Positions 32,395 through 47,950 of a stretch of 64,000 nucleotides of DNA are shown piece after piece. The first letter of the stretch is position 1. Every line of letters begins with the position of its first letter. Under the pieces are notes generated by a model, which saw nothing but the letters and a program-made list of their open reading frames with translations, ran no database searches and was not told the origin of the DNA. The stretch lies in contig JAQGDQ010002381.1 of the NCBI GenBank assembly GCA_030141605.1, positions 124,001-188,000 of the forward strand, in the 5' to 3' direction. The position numbers were made by a program, and so were the translations under genes. This DNA is from Tubiluchus corallicola (Eukaryota; Animalia; Priapulida).

Positions 32395-32760
32395 CAGCTA
32401 ACCATCTACTTTTCAACCTGGTAATCGATGAACTGATCTCGAAAGTCGGTTCTCGATTTGGCTATGGGATCGACGAATACCAAGTGGCTATAGTTGGTTT
32501 TACCGATGACCTAGTCCTAATCTCAGCCTCGAAACATGGCATGGGAGTTTTGTTGGAGACAGCCAATGGCTTCTTCACGAAACGAGGTATGACACTGAAC
32601 GCCAACAAGTGCAAAGCCATGAAGCTAGTCAAGGCATACCAGCGAAAGGCTATGAAAGTGTTAATAGAGCACACATGGAAGATCTGCCAGACTCCTATTC
32701 CAATGCTGGGAGTCAGTGATACGTATAAATACCTGAGAATCCCCATGACTGCCAACCTGT
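32395..32760 (+). mobile_element. Short R2-like reverse transcriptase fragment
   Basis: LLFNLVIDEL...VGFTDDLVL...GMTLNANKC...YKYL: C-terminal RT subdomains, truncated on both sides. Confidence 0.7.
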
Positions 32761-34662
32761 CTAGTCAACCAGCTGAGCAAATTTATTTATCAGAGAGTCC
32801 AAAGATATACCATTTGTGCTGGTGCAGCATGTAACCACTAGCGTGTGTAAAATTTAGAAAATCACGCTTAACTTCTGAGAAAACAAAACAATAATAACAG
32901 ATATGAGATTAATACTGTTTCACTTTTATATTTCACAAATATGAACTTTCACTTCATAAACAATGACGTCAGGATTCGCCAGTTAAAATAATCCAATCCA
33001 GAAAAATGTGACACATTAATGATAAAACAGTATAGATCTTAAATGTACCACAAAAATACTGGTACTTATGTAAGTGATTTCTAGTGATGTTGACTTTTCA
33101 GCAGTATCAGTCCTGCGTGACTTATAAATGAACAGTCAATCGCAAGGTACAATTATACGAGCTGTCATAGAAGAAATAAACTGGGGAAATAAACCTGTTA
33201 AGCAGTAACTATGACATCAGCTACCGTTCTGTCGGTTTCTCCAATCATTGGCACCTAGTAAGAAAACTACGTCTCTAGGAATGGCAACTTAACTTTATGA
33301 TGCGTCCTTAAATGTCAATACCTTATTTTAAACTAAGTGTAAAGAAAGTGTATCAAAAAATGATGACACTATTTGCAGCAAGATAGAAAACCAAAAATGG
33401 CAGACGGTAATAACTTTATAATTTTATAACTTTATAACCTAATTTTATAATATCAGCAGTCAATTGACCAAGATACTCATAATGACGAAAGTTTAGTTCA
33501 TACTTGATTTAATACTTTTTGCAAGCTATATTATTACTGTCTTGTGTAGGATCTAACTACAATGATACAGAGCCATGTAGTAATGGTTTTTAATTCATTT
33601 GTTGCCAATTCCAAAACCAAGTACAACATCCGGACAAACTGCAGAGCTGATTCAGTCAAAAGAAGCTGGAAAGTATTGCAACTTTAGAATAGAGAATGCA
33701 CATGAAATATTTCTTACTATCTCATGGTCACATCCCGTAGAGCAGACTAAAAATTATATCGTTAAGCATAATCAATGAAAAACAGTGACAACATATGATA
33801 CCACTAACATCAACATAGACCTAAATCAGACAGTGAGGGCAACTCAAAAAATACACTGGTCTTGAAAATATAATTTTTCAGATTGCTTCAAACTCCATTG
33901 TGATTTATATCTTCCCTGATACCTGATAACTTAATAACAACATTCAAATATTGCACAAAGGTAACATCACATTATATTAGATAGTGTAATATAACAGGCA
34001 GCTACAACATCGTAAAGATTGCTCATACTGCCAAGTGTTAACTAAACAGGCTACTAAACAAGCCTGCTCAATCCATCAGTTCATTTATTACAAGTACACT
34101 TCTATATTCCATACTCATTACACTAATGTGTACAATCATTTTCATTGTCAACTAACTTCAACCTAGGCAAGATCAGAAGACAATATTTGGTCACATGCTT
34201 GTCGCTACAAAATTTTCCAATCGTGAAGACAATAGCACAAGTTTCATTTGCTTTAAAATTGGTGCAATAACATCTTTGAACTTGTGAATGTAATATAGCG
34301 TGTTTTATACAAATAGTCTGTGATTCACTTCATGACCAAGAGACCATCACAAAATTCGGCTCACATTCCAGTATCTGCAAATAGGATTATGACAAGTACA
34401 CTATTTGGGAATAATTTAACAGATGTATTGGTAATCTTGGAAACTAGTCACCATTCGAGTTACAAAGCGAACACATCACACTTAGCCCGCACATTGTGCA
34501 GAAAAACGTTCTCTTGTAAATTTCTCTTCTGTTATTGTTGCTGGTAACAAAAAAGCAGCTCCGTCACATGTAAGAAAAGTACCAAGTAGACGCCATCATG
34601 CACAACCATCAATGACACTAGCGACATGTGGAGCTGCTTTCAGAAACTCCTCTTCATTTTCT

Positions 34663-35792
34663 TCACACATCGTCTTTCAAAGTCGCCATACAGTAATCTA
34701 CATGGGTCTGTTCAGAAACGATCCTCTGACTATTTACTGCAGATGTGGTATAGTGTCCTATCCTGTCTCCAGGATACTTCAGCTTCTTACAACAAGACCC
34801 ACTCATCACTATGGCTTTGAACCCTTGCCTGTATTTTCGGTTTAAGTAGGCATAGATGCACGGATTAATACAACTATTTGCAGTGGAAACCCACTGAAGG
34901 ACGGGAACAGCGTGATTGACGTAACTTAGTGCCACGTCATCAAAACTGTTGAAGTAATAGCCGATGAAGATGGCGTACAAAGGTAGCCAAGAAATGGCGA
35001 AAATCAAGACTACCACCAGAAGCATTTTGATGACTTGGATCCGTTGGCGACGGACAATATTCTCATACTCTCGAGCATCGCCGATTAAATCTCTTTTCCA
35101 CACAGCCAAGAAAATGTTCATGTAACAAAAACTGATTGTTAAAAGTGGGGCAACATAGCAGAGGATGAAGACATTGAACAACAAATTCCACTTCATCGCG
35201 TGTTCGTACCCGTTCGGCCATTGTTCCATGCAGTAGCGTATGATTACTTGGCGATCTGCTGACGGATTATCAGTTATTTGGAAAAAAGCAAACCATGGAA
35301 TAAAAAACGCCCCGGCGCAAATCCAGATGGCAGCACAAGCTTTTCTAGCTGTCCTCAATGTCATCTGAAATTTCATTGGGTGGCAAATGGCAAAGTATCT
35401 GGAAAAATAACAATAAAGACAAAGTTATATGAAACTTGTTGGCTGATTGGAGTTGAACATATGTCAGATATAGCGGGGTTTTAACAAAACGGAGACAGGC
35501 TAGGAAATAGATAGAAGGTAACTACAGTTAGCAAACACTGACTAAACTGAAAAAGTTAACAAAAAATGTCTGACCATTAAGTTGGATGTTGCTGATGACT
35601 TCATTCAATAAAACTATTTTCAATCCTGTAAGACGGCAACTTACTTTGCAAGACTACATTTACAAATGTCAGTGCCACTTTTGCAGGCTTACCTATCAAG
35701 AGAAATTGCCACCAAAGTATACACAGATGTCGCCACCGACAAACCCTGAAGCCATGACACCAACTTGCATGGTATCATGCCGAACTGATAAC
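34663..35792 (-). CDS. SIFamide/NPFF receptor-like GPCR, cassette A (TM3-TM7): exons 35792-35693 and 35398-34663
   Basis: 100-nt exon YQFGMIPCKLVSWLQGLSVATSVYTLVAISLDR joins YFAICHPMK (DRY motif); CYVAPL, VIKML...FAISWLPLY, NSCINPCIYAYLNRKYR; AATAAA at 34084-34089 on the - strand. Confidence 0.92.
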
Positions 35793-37731
35793 CTATAATA
35801 CAAAACACTCATGTTATAATAATAAACTAACAAAAATATCATTATGCATAAAACGATTATGCATAATTATACATAAATTATAACACTACATCAGCATAAT
35901 TAATGTTAAACAATGCTAAACAATGTTAAACCCACAATAATTAATTAGCTATTGTCGTTGCTTATAGTTTTTGATCACATCAGTCAGTTAGGCACCTTCA
36001 CAATAATTAATGTGTTTTAAAAAAATGTAAAACAAAAAGCAATTGTCACAATGCGATGTAATGTAAAATTTATTTTAGTCGTAATTATAAGCACTGGGCA
36101 ACTACATTACGACTGTAACAGTCAGTTACACAATAATAAGGCTTTCACAGTTTCGTTGTGCGCACGCGCAGTTGTTGTAGGTCGTAGGTTAAGTGTACCA
36201 CAGCAACCCGTCGTATCTACAATCGTCACGTGACATGTGGGTAAAGTAAAGCCCAGTTCAGTAACGTCAGTGTTTTCGTGGACTTCACTTAACTGTGCAA
36301 TAGTCTGTGCGGGATCTTGTTTGGGAACAAGAGAAAATGAATTAGAATTAATTACTAATCCAATAGCATGGACTGCGAGGTGTGGTCAAGTGAACACAAA
36401 TGCGTTGTCTGGTACATTTAACCTTTGACCTTTCCACGATCATCATCAATCGCTGGAACTGCGAAAAGGCTTATTAACTGACTGTACAAGCTACTGCTAT
36501 TACTATAGCTAATGCTGCTATAACTGCTACATTACCATTGCTATATAATAAACTAATTATATTAATTAATTAGCATAATTTAATTATTAGCAGTTTTCTG
36601 TATTAGTAATTATACCAATTAATCAGACCAACACTAGCAGTTAATTATCAGTATTATAATAATTCTCAATTGTTAAAACCTAATAACACTTATTATTATT
36701 ATAAGGCATAATAATTCCGTTTTGTGCAATACAACACACAATTTAACAATTGCAGACTTATCATCATCAAGTTTACAAAAATCATGGCATGTAAATTCCC
36801 TGCTCACAAATAAAAAATTAAACACAGTTAATCATGCTTTTGTGTTTAAATTAATTGTATTTGCGGGCGCTTAGAACTGCAAGAATGTGTTGGTGACATG
36901 CAGTCCACTGCACCTACATGCAGTTTACATGCAGACACGTGACATGCATGCGATAGTTGTTCTGAAACGCATAATAATTAATATGACGTTGAACGTTGGA
37001 GGTCTGTTTAATTTCTCGCAGCTTCAAAATGAAGCCATTAATTAGGTCGTCATTGCAGCACGATAAGTGCTCGGTTCAGCTAGAGATAATGACTTATCTT
37101 CATTATGTTAGTACGATGTGACGAAAATTACGTGTTTATTAAGCGAAAAACCATCACGCATACCGTAGATGTCAAAACCAGAAGTGCCCATTCTGAGAAA
37201 AGTAGGAAAAAATTATGGCAAATAATCATTTGCGGATGTCGTAGTAGCCAGTTAGTAAATGAATCAGCTACACATAGTGATGATAACTGTTTATTTGGTA
37301 TAATACAAAATGTAAAGGCATAACAACTCTTTTTGCAGTAGAACTTGAGTAAACACTTTTGTATCCAACTTATACCTGATGTAAAAACTATACAACTGAT
37401 TATGTTATAAAGTCACAATGATTGTATGTTAATGCATGCCCAGTTGGTTAATGGAATAAGTAGCATAAATATGAACAATTCTGACAATTTCTCAGTCAAA
37501 AAAGCTTTTGTCGTTTTAACTTTAACACTCATAGCTAGTTTATTGGACAACAAGCGTATTTTCTGTTGGGAGGTTGCGGGTTCGATACTACGGTGGGGTA
37601 ATACAAACACTTTTTACGTGGCACCTGCCTGGGTGGATTAACGATTCTGTAATGTAGCTGTAGTTGTTATTTACAGCCGCTGATAAACGCCTAGTGTTGT
37701 CTATTGAGTTTAAAACCATCTTTAAATAAAG

Positions 37732-37814
<83 letters not shown>

Positions 37815-37851
37815 TATTACTATTATTATTACTATTATTATTATTATTATA

Positions 37852-37924
<73 letters not shown>
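37732..37924. repeat. (TAT)n microsatellite
   Basis: Directly visible. Confidence 0.95.
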
Positions 37925-37925
<1 letters not shown>

Positions 37926-40789
37926 AAGAAAAGCAAGGCCCTCTAGGAAGTTGGGCTTATTTCAAAAATGTTAGAAAGATTTAGTAATAAAATTGCTATA
38001 AGTGCTTCGTGTAATTAGTAAAATCTCCTTAAAATCGCGATCATTTCACGGTTGGGCGCTGCTATTTTTAAGGCCTGTTCTTCCCCTAATGACATCGTTC
38101 ATCAAAAGCAGCCCACTCTTATTTGCCGTCAAAACTGTAAGTTTTCATAAAAAATTATACAGCTAATTTTTTGATATTTTTGTTCGAACATTAGGTATGC
38201 TGCAGAAGCTTGAATTAGTTTATGCAGCGCGTGCTTACGGAAACTTACGATGCGCTTACGAAAAGTCACGAAGTCCACCAGTTACGCCACAATTTCAAGT
38301 GAACGGTGGCAACCACCGCGCCGGAAAATTTCAAATAAAGCGAAAGTAAAAATTAACTTTATGCTTTATAGACAATTTTTGCAATTTTACTTCTTATATT
38401 TTTCTACATTTAGGTGATAGCAGTAAAATAAACCCAACATGCTAAGTGACTTGTCATTTCTTTAAAGAAAATAAGCCTAAAGGTAAAGACGAATGATGAA
38501 ATATGCTTAGCTTTAGCAGGCAGCAACTTTCTTACACAAACTGTCACTAATAACATGTATTGTTATGGTCACAGCAGCCCCGAGCATTTCCTTTATTCGA
38601 GATTTAGTAAACTTCAGCGTTTCTTACGTCTGTTGAAAAGTGCAGATCGAAATCCATTACGCTTGTTTGATGCTTCAGCGGTGTGCCTTTTCTAATTCAC
38701 TTATCAGTCTGAAGCAGCGGAAATAAATTATGAGGAAAAGTTTACGCGGTGTGACGACACAATTACAGAGTGAGTCCACAGAATGGTGATGCTGCGGTCA
38801 GTGATTCCCAGTCGTCCAAATATTTTTCTTGAAACAACCGGTGATTTTCACTGAGTTGGTTGTTCTGAGATGAGGGAAGCAGAACAGCCGAGTGGCCACG
38901 GCGTGTACTTCGCGAGCAAGGCTAAGCCACGCCAGGCAGATGAATCAATCACTTGTGACCGCTTGTGTTCCATACTCTCTCTTGGCGGTTTCATTGGCCA
39001 TACGAACTGTGGATGTTTACGTTCGAAGACTAGACGATTTGAGTGCAGTGAGATGCAGCCCCAGCCGATTCAGTCCAACCTCATCCTAGCAGGTTAACTT
39101 CGTAATGAGTCACAAGGTGCAGAACGGTATAAAAAATAAAATACTCTTGGTAAAATGGCAAAAGGCAAGAAGGTCTCAGCTGGCTTTGAACCAGGTGTCT
39201 TCAGGTACACAGGTACTGTTCTTGCTGTCATCGCGTAATTTTCGTTGATTTAAAAGTGAACTCGGTAGAACTGAGAAACTTTGGCCCACCTTACAGTGAG
39301 GAGCATTCCTTGGGGCATTCCTCATGGAACACATTGTTTTTTATGGCGCATTTCATACAGACGTCTCATGTGGAAATCAGATAAAAAAGTTTGGGATTCG
39401 TGAAAACAGTACGGATAGCAATCGCAGCACGAGTGGACCATTTGTGTGGCAAGTTAACCCCGTAGTTTAAGAAAAAACGAAACCAAAACCAGGTTTTGTT
39501 TAATTTTCTGCATTCTGAGTAAAACGTTCAAATTTTTGATTTTTACAAAAACATTGGCCTATGAACGTTTTAAACTGAATTCACTTTTTTTAGGAATGGT
39601 AGCCTATTTAAAAATGTACAACATAAATATTATTTTTGCCTAAAAGAAACGTCAATATGTGTACTTAGTTATACTTATAAAGCTTTTTCATAATATATTT
39701 ACTTTTAGTCTAAGTATCATGATGTAGCCAACATTGTTACAATTGTGTTTTTGAAAGCGTCATTTTCCTTGCGTCCTCAGTGTGAAGTGGGCCTTAGGAA
39801 TTTATGTTCACCACGATCAGTGTTCTATTTTTTCGTTTTTGTAGTTGTTGCTATGGTCACGTTGTTGTCGTCATTGTCATCATCATCGTCATCGTCATCG
39901 GAGCCTTTCAGACGTTTAGACACTACAGAAAGCAACATCATTTATGGTGCTCTCAAACTACACATATTGGTAAAGGGGTAAAGTTGCACAGTTCACATCA
40001 TGCCGAGATATTTTTGGTTTGAACTTGTCGTAAGTCGATAGATTGACGAACAAGAACGAAGACAACTCCTATAGAAAGCGAATACAGCCGCCAGCGGCAA
40101 TCTAGGATAAATATCCCCTTGGAATCACTTAAGCGAGCGCCGAAGTAACGCGCTCAGTAATATTTATTTTGGGCAATACATTTTAGCTTGTAATTAGCTG
40201 TTTCAAAAATGCCATCTGCAATCGTAATATAAGATAATACTGTAATTAAAAATGTAACATACGTATTTTGTGGAATACGTATACATTAGTGCTGGATCCT
40301 GCATGCAATAGCCGCTGCTACAAAGTATGAGAAGCATTTTCATGCACTAATTTAAAAATGTGGTAAAGGCATGCTTATTATTCGTAATATATAATGCAGT
40401 GCCAGTGCTATACATGTATAAATAACAACCAAACGTACCCATTGCAGCAGAAAGCGGTAACTTGCAGACGGTGTACAACCATAATCTCATTGTCCAGGTA
40501 AAATAAAAAAAATCTGGAGCCATCCACAAACGCACGTCGAACAGCAATAAAAACCGAGGGTAGAAAAAAGGAATGCAAACCAAAGCAATAGAAAGCACAT
40601 AAGCACGAAACAGGTGCGAGCCACAACATCTAGATTAAAATGCGAAAAATTGTAGCATGTTCTGAAAAACTTGTAGGGGCTTTGTGACAGATATTTAACT
40701 ATGGTGCAGGCTGTGTGTTTTTGCACCATCACAATTTTAAAAAGATGTAAAATAACCACATTTTAAAGTATATCACACTTAATACGCAG

Positions 40790-41035
40790 GATACAAACGG
40801 AGGTGTACCACAAGGATCCACTGTAGGACAACTGCTTTTTCTTAGCTACATCAATGATCTCTTTCTTATTACTGATTTCAGTACATATCTTTTTGCTGAT
40901 GACAGACCCCTTAATCAAATCCATCCACTAATTCATTTCAGTTCCAACATCACAATAACAGAGAGCTAACTGGATAGAAGCATACAAATTATCAGCTAAT
41001 TACACCAAAATTAAATATATGATACTAATAAGCAG
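40790..41035 (+). mobile_element. Degenerate CR1-like RT fragment
   Basis: Translates GVPQGSTVGQLLFLSYINDL...YLFADD. Confidence 0.7.
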
Positions 41036-41465
41036 CAAAGGATGTCTCTATTGGTGATCGCAAGATGTAAGGCATTCGCAGTACGGAGCACAAAAATAAT
41101 TGGGAACAGATGCCCCTGTACGGTAAGTAGGTGTTTGTCAGGTGATGGATTGACTTCAAAGCCTTAAATACAGTCAGTTAACTTACGATCTTATACAACT
41201 TACGTGCCCTCTTGGCTGGTTGCTCGTTGTAACTAAATTATCACTAAGCCCCCGGTTCATTTGTTCATGCTATGTTTCAGTTTATTGCTTTCTTGCCTGC
41301 TTTATAAAACCTATGCGAGCGAATGCAGTAATAAGAAGCAAAAAAATTTGCGTTTTGCCAAAAATAGCTGAACTAGCAGTGCTGAGCTATATGTAATAGC
41401 TTTTTATAGTAGCTATTTAAAACGCAAAATTCGCCCACATAAATGGGTCACTGCAAAATTTTATA

Positions 41466-41955
41466 CAAGGTGTCTAAAAAGTCAGTTTTGTAATTTTCGT
41501 GTAATTTAAGCAGGATTTCAAGTTTCTAAAAGTAGCAATAAATTACTCAGGATCTTCGTTGGCTTCAAGCTACAACCAAAGAGCGTGGACAAAAGAAGCT
41601 CGATTCTAAATTCAGCAAGATTGGTGGATACTGTTTGACAGAAAACTGAATTACCTGAAGAAAATTAAATTGCGTGAGGAATGGTAACGAAATCAAGTCT
41701 CTTCATACGCCAGAAATTATTGTGAAACGAAAATTTTCCAATAAAAATCAAGACGAGTTGATTCCACGACAGAATGGTATTTGGTCAATATTAGCTTTTT
41801 GTTGAACTGAGCTGTTTTGTTTTGCTTAAGTTATGCTGTTTAACATAAACAGGCTTTTCCACTGTTTTTTGGTACTCCAAAAATTTATAGCAACAATAGC
41901 TATTGTGATGACTTGCAATAGCTATTATACTAAAACTAACGCTTTATACACCGTG
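41466..41955. mobile_element. Internally deleted Tc1/mariner-type element
   Basis: TA|CAAGGTGTCTAAAAAG ... CTTTATACACCGTG|TA: imperfect TIRs with TA target duplication. Confidence 0.6.
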
Positions 41956-44212
41956 TATGCATAGCTATAATGAAACCTAAAGGTAAGAATAACAGGGTAG
42001 TAATCATTGCGCACATCAAAGTCATCCATAAAAGAAAGACCTATTATAACGTAGGTCAGAAAAGTATTGTACACATACTTAAAAGTGCAATAGAAGTAAT
42101 CTTGGCAGGTTATACTGAAAGGTGCTAATAGTTATTATTATAAAATACTATTAAATGATATTTTATAATATCATATATATATAATATAATATCGTCTTTG
42201 TTTGTTATTGTTTAGGTCATTAATTAAGTCTTGTCCATGTTGAGCTTAGCTCATAAGTTAATTTCTTCTACTACGCTCATAGCACTGCAATGCAATGTTA
42301 ATTTGTAATTGTATAACTTTTGTATTGTGCTAAATTGATGAATAAATTAATCTAAATCTAAATATGTTTTATAAACGTACAGGTTAACCAACTAAAGTAG
42401 GTCCCCACTGGAGAGTGCTACGACACTCGTAGATTATTTCTACTAATGCCATCATGCATCAGGGATTTGTAAATTTAAATTTACAGTTTGCTGTAAAAAT
42501 ATAGTCAACCATTGGGACAATGAGCAACTGAGCTGTATATACTTCTAGGCACGTGTAAGTGAAATAAACTGGGAACCATTAAAGTTTTTGCTCCTCTGTG
42601 TGTGTGTGTGTACTGTAGACAAGCATAGAAATAGAATTATCATTTTTGTGAAGCTCAGACGCTTCTGATGCAGATCTCATTTGAATTCAGAGACGTGACC
42701 GTATTTTGCAAAACAAAAAAAAACTAGCTGAAGAGTCGATACGTCGCTTAACCAAACGTCCACAAAGCAGTCAGTTGTCAATACTCGTCGGTTGTAGTCA
42801 CACTGTAAGTTCCAATATATACTAAAATTATCATCGTCGTCGTCGTCGTCGCCATCGTTGTCATCACCACCATCATAATCAATATTCACTACCATGTGGC
42901 ACCGCAACTAACACAAACATCAACGCCAACAACACTATCATTGCCACTAACGCCCCATGACCTTATTCAGCCACCATTTTTAATTTTGCTGTTTAAATTT
43001 TTAACACCAACGGCAGCTAGAATGTCAGCTGCATTCAGTACGATTTACTACACGATGTTCACAATATTATAACGCTTTGTTTCACTCTCCTTTCATCAAC
43101 CCTACACCTGGAGTTTAATACTTTCATCTGAACGCACTGATTATTTTAAATTACCACACTTGTGTAAAAGATCACGTTTCTGTGACAGACTTGATTGTAT
43201 GGTAAAGCGAGCGAGTCATCGTTTAATCATGACACCTGAGGCATGGCAGTGATTAAAAGAATTGTCAGTAGTAGAACTAAAAATCATAATAAAGGTCATT
43301 CTCACAGAAGCACAATGGGGAAAATAATTATACTGCAAGTCTGTAATTTGAGTGAAAGTCAGATTCAAATGTAAAGATGAATGATCATTGTTATCTATGT
43401 ATAGTATTAAATGTTGACTTCATGGTTGTTGATGTTGGCACAGCAGTTGCTGCTGCTGCTGCTGCTGCTGCTGCCCTACTTTTGCTGCTCCTGTTCCTGT
43501 TGTTTTTTGCTGTTACTGCCGTTGTTGCTGTTGCTGTAATATTCTGGAATTTGTGATTAAGTACGAACGTATTGCCAATGTCTAACTCGCTTTTGTACTA
43601 GAAATATTCAATCTGGGTGATGTACCAGACAGGCTGATGAAGTAGCTGTTATTGTTGGTGTTGCTGTTGTTTCTAAAATTCTATTTCAACTGCCTTTTTA
43701 TAAATTTTGACGTCATTTTATGTCACAGTTTTCTGAAATTCTGTCCCTATAACAATTCTGCTTTTGCCGCTGATTTGCGCAAATCTTCATTGAAACGCCG
43801 CCTGGTGACAGTAATCATCAGCTGTCATTGGCACGGCCTTTGTTGTCATTATTCTTGAGTGACACTACAACAAGTCTACATAAGCCAAAAAAAATCTAAG
43901 TCCAAAAATGTATTAGAATGCGCAGTTAAGTGACGTTTCGTTCGAAATTCAAAAATTTTACATAATTCTAATAAAATACCTCCTAGTGTGCATCATTCGT
44001 AGATAGATGTTGAAAATCCAAACTTGTTAGACATCTTATATGTAAAACCAAATTACCTGCAACACGTTTTAGTCATTGTGGTGACGTTTTTACTGACAGC
44101 AGCAAAGGACACAGTGAAGCGGAATTTAGTGATGGCAGTGGCGTTTGCTGCAATGATTATAATGAAACTAGGGTAACAGTGATAATTACGATGATGACGA
44201 CGATGGTGATAT

Positions 44213-44219
44213 AATAATA

Positions 44220-44268
<49 letters not shown>

Positions 44269-44325
44269 CGATGATGATGACGACGACGACGATGATAATG
44301 ATGATGATGATGATGATGATGATAA
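44213..44325. repeat. (GAT)n microsatellite
   Basis: Directly visible. Confidence 0.9.
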
Positions 44326-44580
44326 CATAGTGATTTACATAATACATGTTATTGTAGCCTTAGTTCTGCTTAAGAATCACACTTTGCCAATGAATGCCGC
44401 TATCCCTCTATTATTCATAATATCATTGCGATTGCTGTTATGGTTTCTCCTAAAAGCTGTATTTTATTAAAATAAATTCATAACCTCGTACTACTCAAAT
44501 TATTTTATTATAAATTTATAGATGTGTCTGATGTTGTATTCTTTGATGTGTGGAAATAAATTCATAGTCATAATCATAGA

Positions 44581-45125
<545 letters not shown>

Positions 45126-47639
45126 GGTAATGCTGCTAACGATAAAGATGGCGATGTGGCAGTGGTTAAGATAACGACTGAAATTTATGACACTTATTAC
45201 AAATATCATATCACTTAGTTTAAGGGAATCAAACTGTGCTTAAAGCGAACATTTCCTAAGAAGGGCAGGACTAACCTGCCCCGCTAATGCCCTATACGGT
45301 TTTAAGCAATATAGGATTTTGCGGTTATTGTCTTACGTGATTGCCGAAAAAATTTCTCCTAGGCGGCCTCCCAGGGAACTCGGATTTCAGTGTTCAATAA
45401 TCATTTCAACGCAACCTATTACGGCAAATTTCTATCATAATTTCTTAACGTTAAATGATTTATATTTGACATTTTGCGATATAAATCCCAAACGACTACA
45501 CTGACAATAGACGTTCAAAATCACCTTGGATTTTGATTGTAATACAATCTTTGCACAGTAACTTCATATGTTTTTACCCAAAATTGACATTAGAATATTA
45601 TAATATAATTTTATCGCTGCAAACTGACAGTATTTAGACACTCCTTCTAGAAGTGAAAATTGCTAGACATCTTTGAGCGAAATATATGAAGAAGAACAGG
45701 TGGAAGAACAAGAAAAAGAACAAAAAATGAAGGAAGAGAAGGAGAAGGAGGGCTGGTCTTATATATGCAACTGAGGAAGCGCAGGGGTAGATGGTTACGG
45801 TAGAGCCCTCTTCCCTCCTCCCATAGCAAGTAAGTAAGATCTTTATTTACCATAACAAATAATCGTAGCAAATAATTAAGAAACCTAATCAGTGAATGTT
45901 TTAAAAAACATACACTGTTAGAGGCAAATGAGACAATGGAAAAGCTAAACTACACGTACAAATAACAAAACAGAACTTTAAACTTAAAGGAAGACAGGAT
46001 GATTTTTCATATACCACCCCATTTTCAAGTCTGATAAAACGTGTACATTTTAACACAATTAATACTGCAAAAGCGTTTCTGATAATTAAATAATAGATTA
46101 AAAACTTAGATCCCAACTATTGATGACAGACACAAACTAACATAATTTTCAACAACAAAAATATTCGACGAGCGTGTTGCACGTGTTGGCGAAAGCGAAA
46201 ATTGAACTGCAGTACTACCGTAAGATATTCAGAATTTCAAATTTACCGTTGTGCTCACGCATGAGCTGTCGAACGTGTGTAGTTCGTCACAAACTAACAC
46301 ATCTGAACTGAGAGGTACAGCACCTGTTTTTGTGCAATGCGTTTCTAAAATGCAGGCGCTAGTGCCTCTCTAACTAGCGAATGGCGAAATGCGTGTAACA
46401 GCGAAGAACTAGTATCAAAAATGTGAAATTGTGTTTGTGTTGTAATAACTCTAGTACGTTTCCTTTCAATATTTTAAAGAATAGACTATTTTGACCTACA
46501 GTTTAAGATTGGGTCCGAATTTGCTTTAAACTTTACATATTAACAAACTGACTAAGATCAGGTATTGAATTAAAAATGAGTAGTCCTAGAAACACGACCA
46601 GAAAGATCTGTTCATGTGGAACATGACTAGTAAATTCCCAACACAAGTGGGAGTCGAACCCAAAACCTTTGAATCAGCACACATAGAAAGACGACCACTG
46701 CAAATTACTGTAAATAAATTTGATAAATAAAATAAACGAATTTGCAGATAAATACATAGAGCTTACAAAGAACACACTTTTGACTCCTGTTCGTTTATCT
46801 GCCGCCATCTTGTTGCAGACAAAGTTTGCTGGTATATCCCTCCAGTGACCCTGTGTTTCCACAAATTTCCCTTCTTTTTGTGGGAACAGCGGGAAAAATT
46901 GCTATTTAAATTTTGCGGCAATGGCGGCATTTCTATACACATTGATTGAGTTGAAATTTTAAATTATAAATTAATTCATAATTTAAGCGTTTGTTGATTA
47001 TTCAGCGGTAGATCAAGAATTACTGGACATTTAAGAGAAATTAAACTTGGCACGATTACTGCGCCATTTTCAGTCATTTTTCCTTTGTAAATAATTAGTC
47101 TTGTAAACAGAAATTCATCGACGTTTCGTTTCACGTTCAATGTCGCTAAATTTCTGTTAAATTTCTGTTAAAAAGAATAATAATTGCAACTGAGGTATAC
47201 ATTATGGGTATGCATATGGCCTTATATTTATTTTCTTAATACTAATGCCATTTTGACTTGGAATATTTGCCCATTGGACTATACATTTACTAACCTTTTT
47301 TTAAATGTTTAGCTTACTAATCCTCTGTTCTTTGTGGAAATATTTATTTTATTTGTCATGCAGTAAATGTCCTAAATAGTGATTTTTAATTAAGCTTTGT
47401 TTATTGCATTTGTTTATTGTTTGTTTGTGGCATTTATTGTAGTATTAAAACACAAGGATTGTCAATAATTACTTTATGAGATCAGATCTATTAAACTAAG
47501 CAAAATGACAAATTTTCTTTTTAACGATGCCAAGAAGCCTACAAAGCATCCACCACCACCATCATCCAATGAATCACACGTCCAGGGACATGATTCTGCT
47601 CACCTCTCTATGCCAGGTCTCCCTGCTCGCCGCAGTGCC

Positions 47640-47950
47640 CCAAGTGCATTTATTTCTAAGGATCAATGCTGAAGTGTTTAAATCTTTCTGTGCAAAATCT
47701 AAATATGTTAACATTTGTCCCCTGCAGGTTTTTTAGCTGGTTCTATGGCTTGTTGAAGAGCTATCTTCACTGGAATATCATCAGGTAGTCTAAACATATG
47801 CCCAATCCATCTTAAACGGCGTCTTTTTATTTTTCTTGTCCAAGGTTCTTCTTTTATTTTTTTCATATAGATCTTTGTTTGAAATTTTCTTTGGCCATCT
47901 AATACCCAAAATGTTTCTGTAATTTCGCCTTTGAAACACATCGATTTCAA
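47640..47950 (-). mobile_element. RTE-like LINE 3' fragment
   Basis: Frameshifted FQRRNYRNILGIRWPKKISNKDLY / IKRRRLRWIGHMFRLPDDIPVKIAL. Confidence 0.7.

Noticed and set aside
38070-39400. GC-richer block with ORFs 38870-39097 as a candidate nested gene or missing GPCR exon
   Set aside because: No TM1-TM2 (GN...NLA..D) signature on the minus strand and no recognisable domain.
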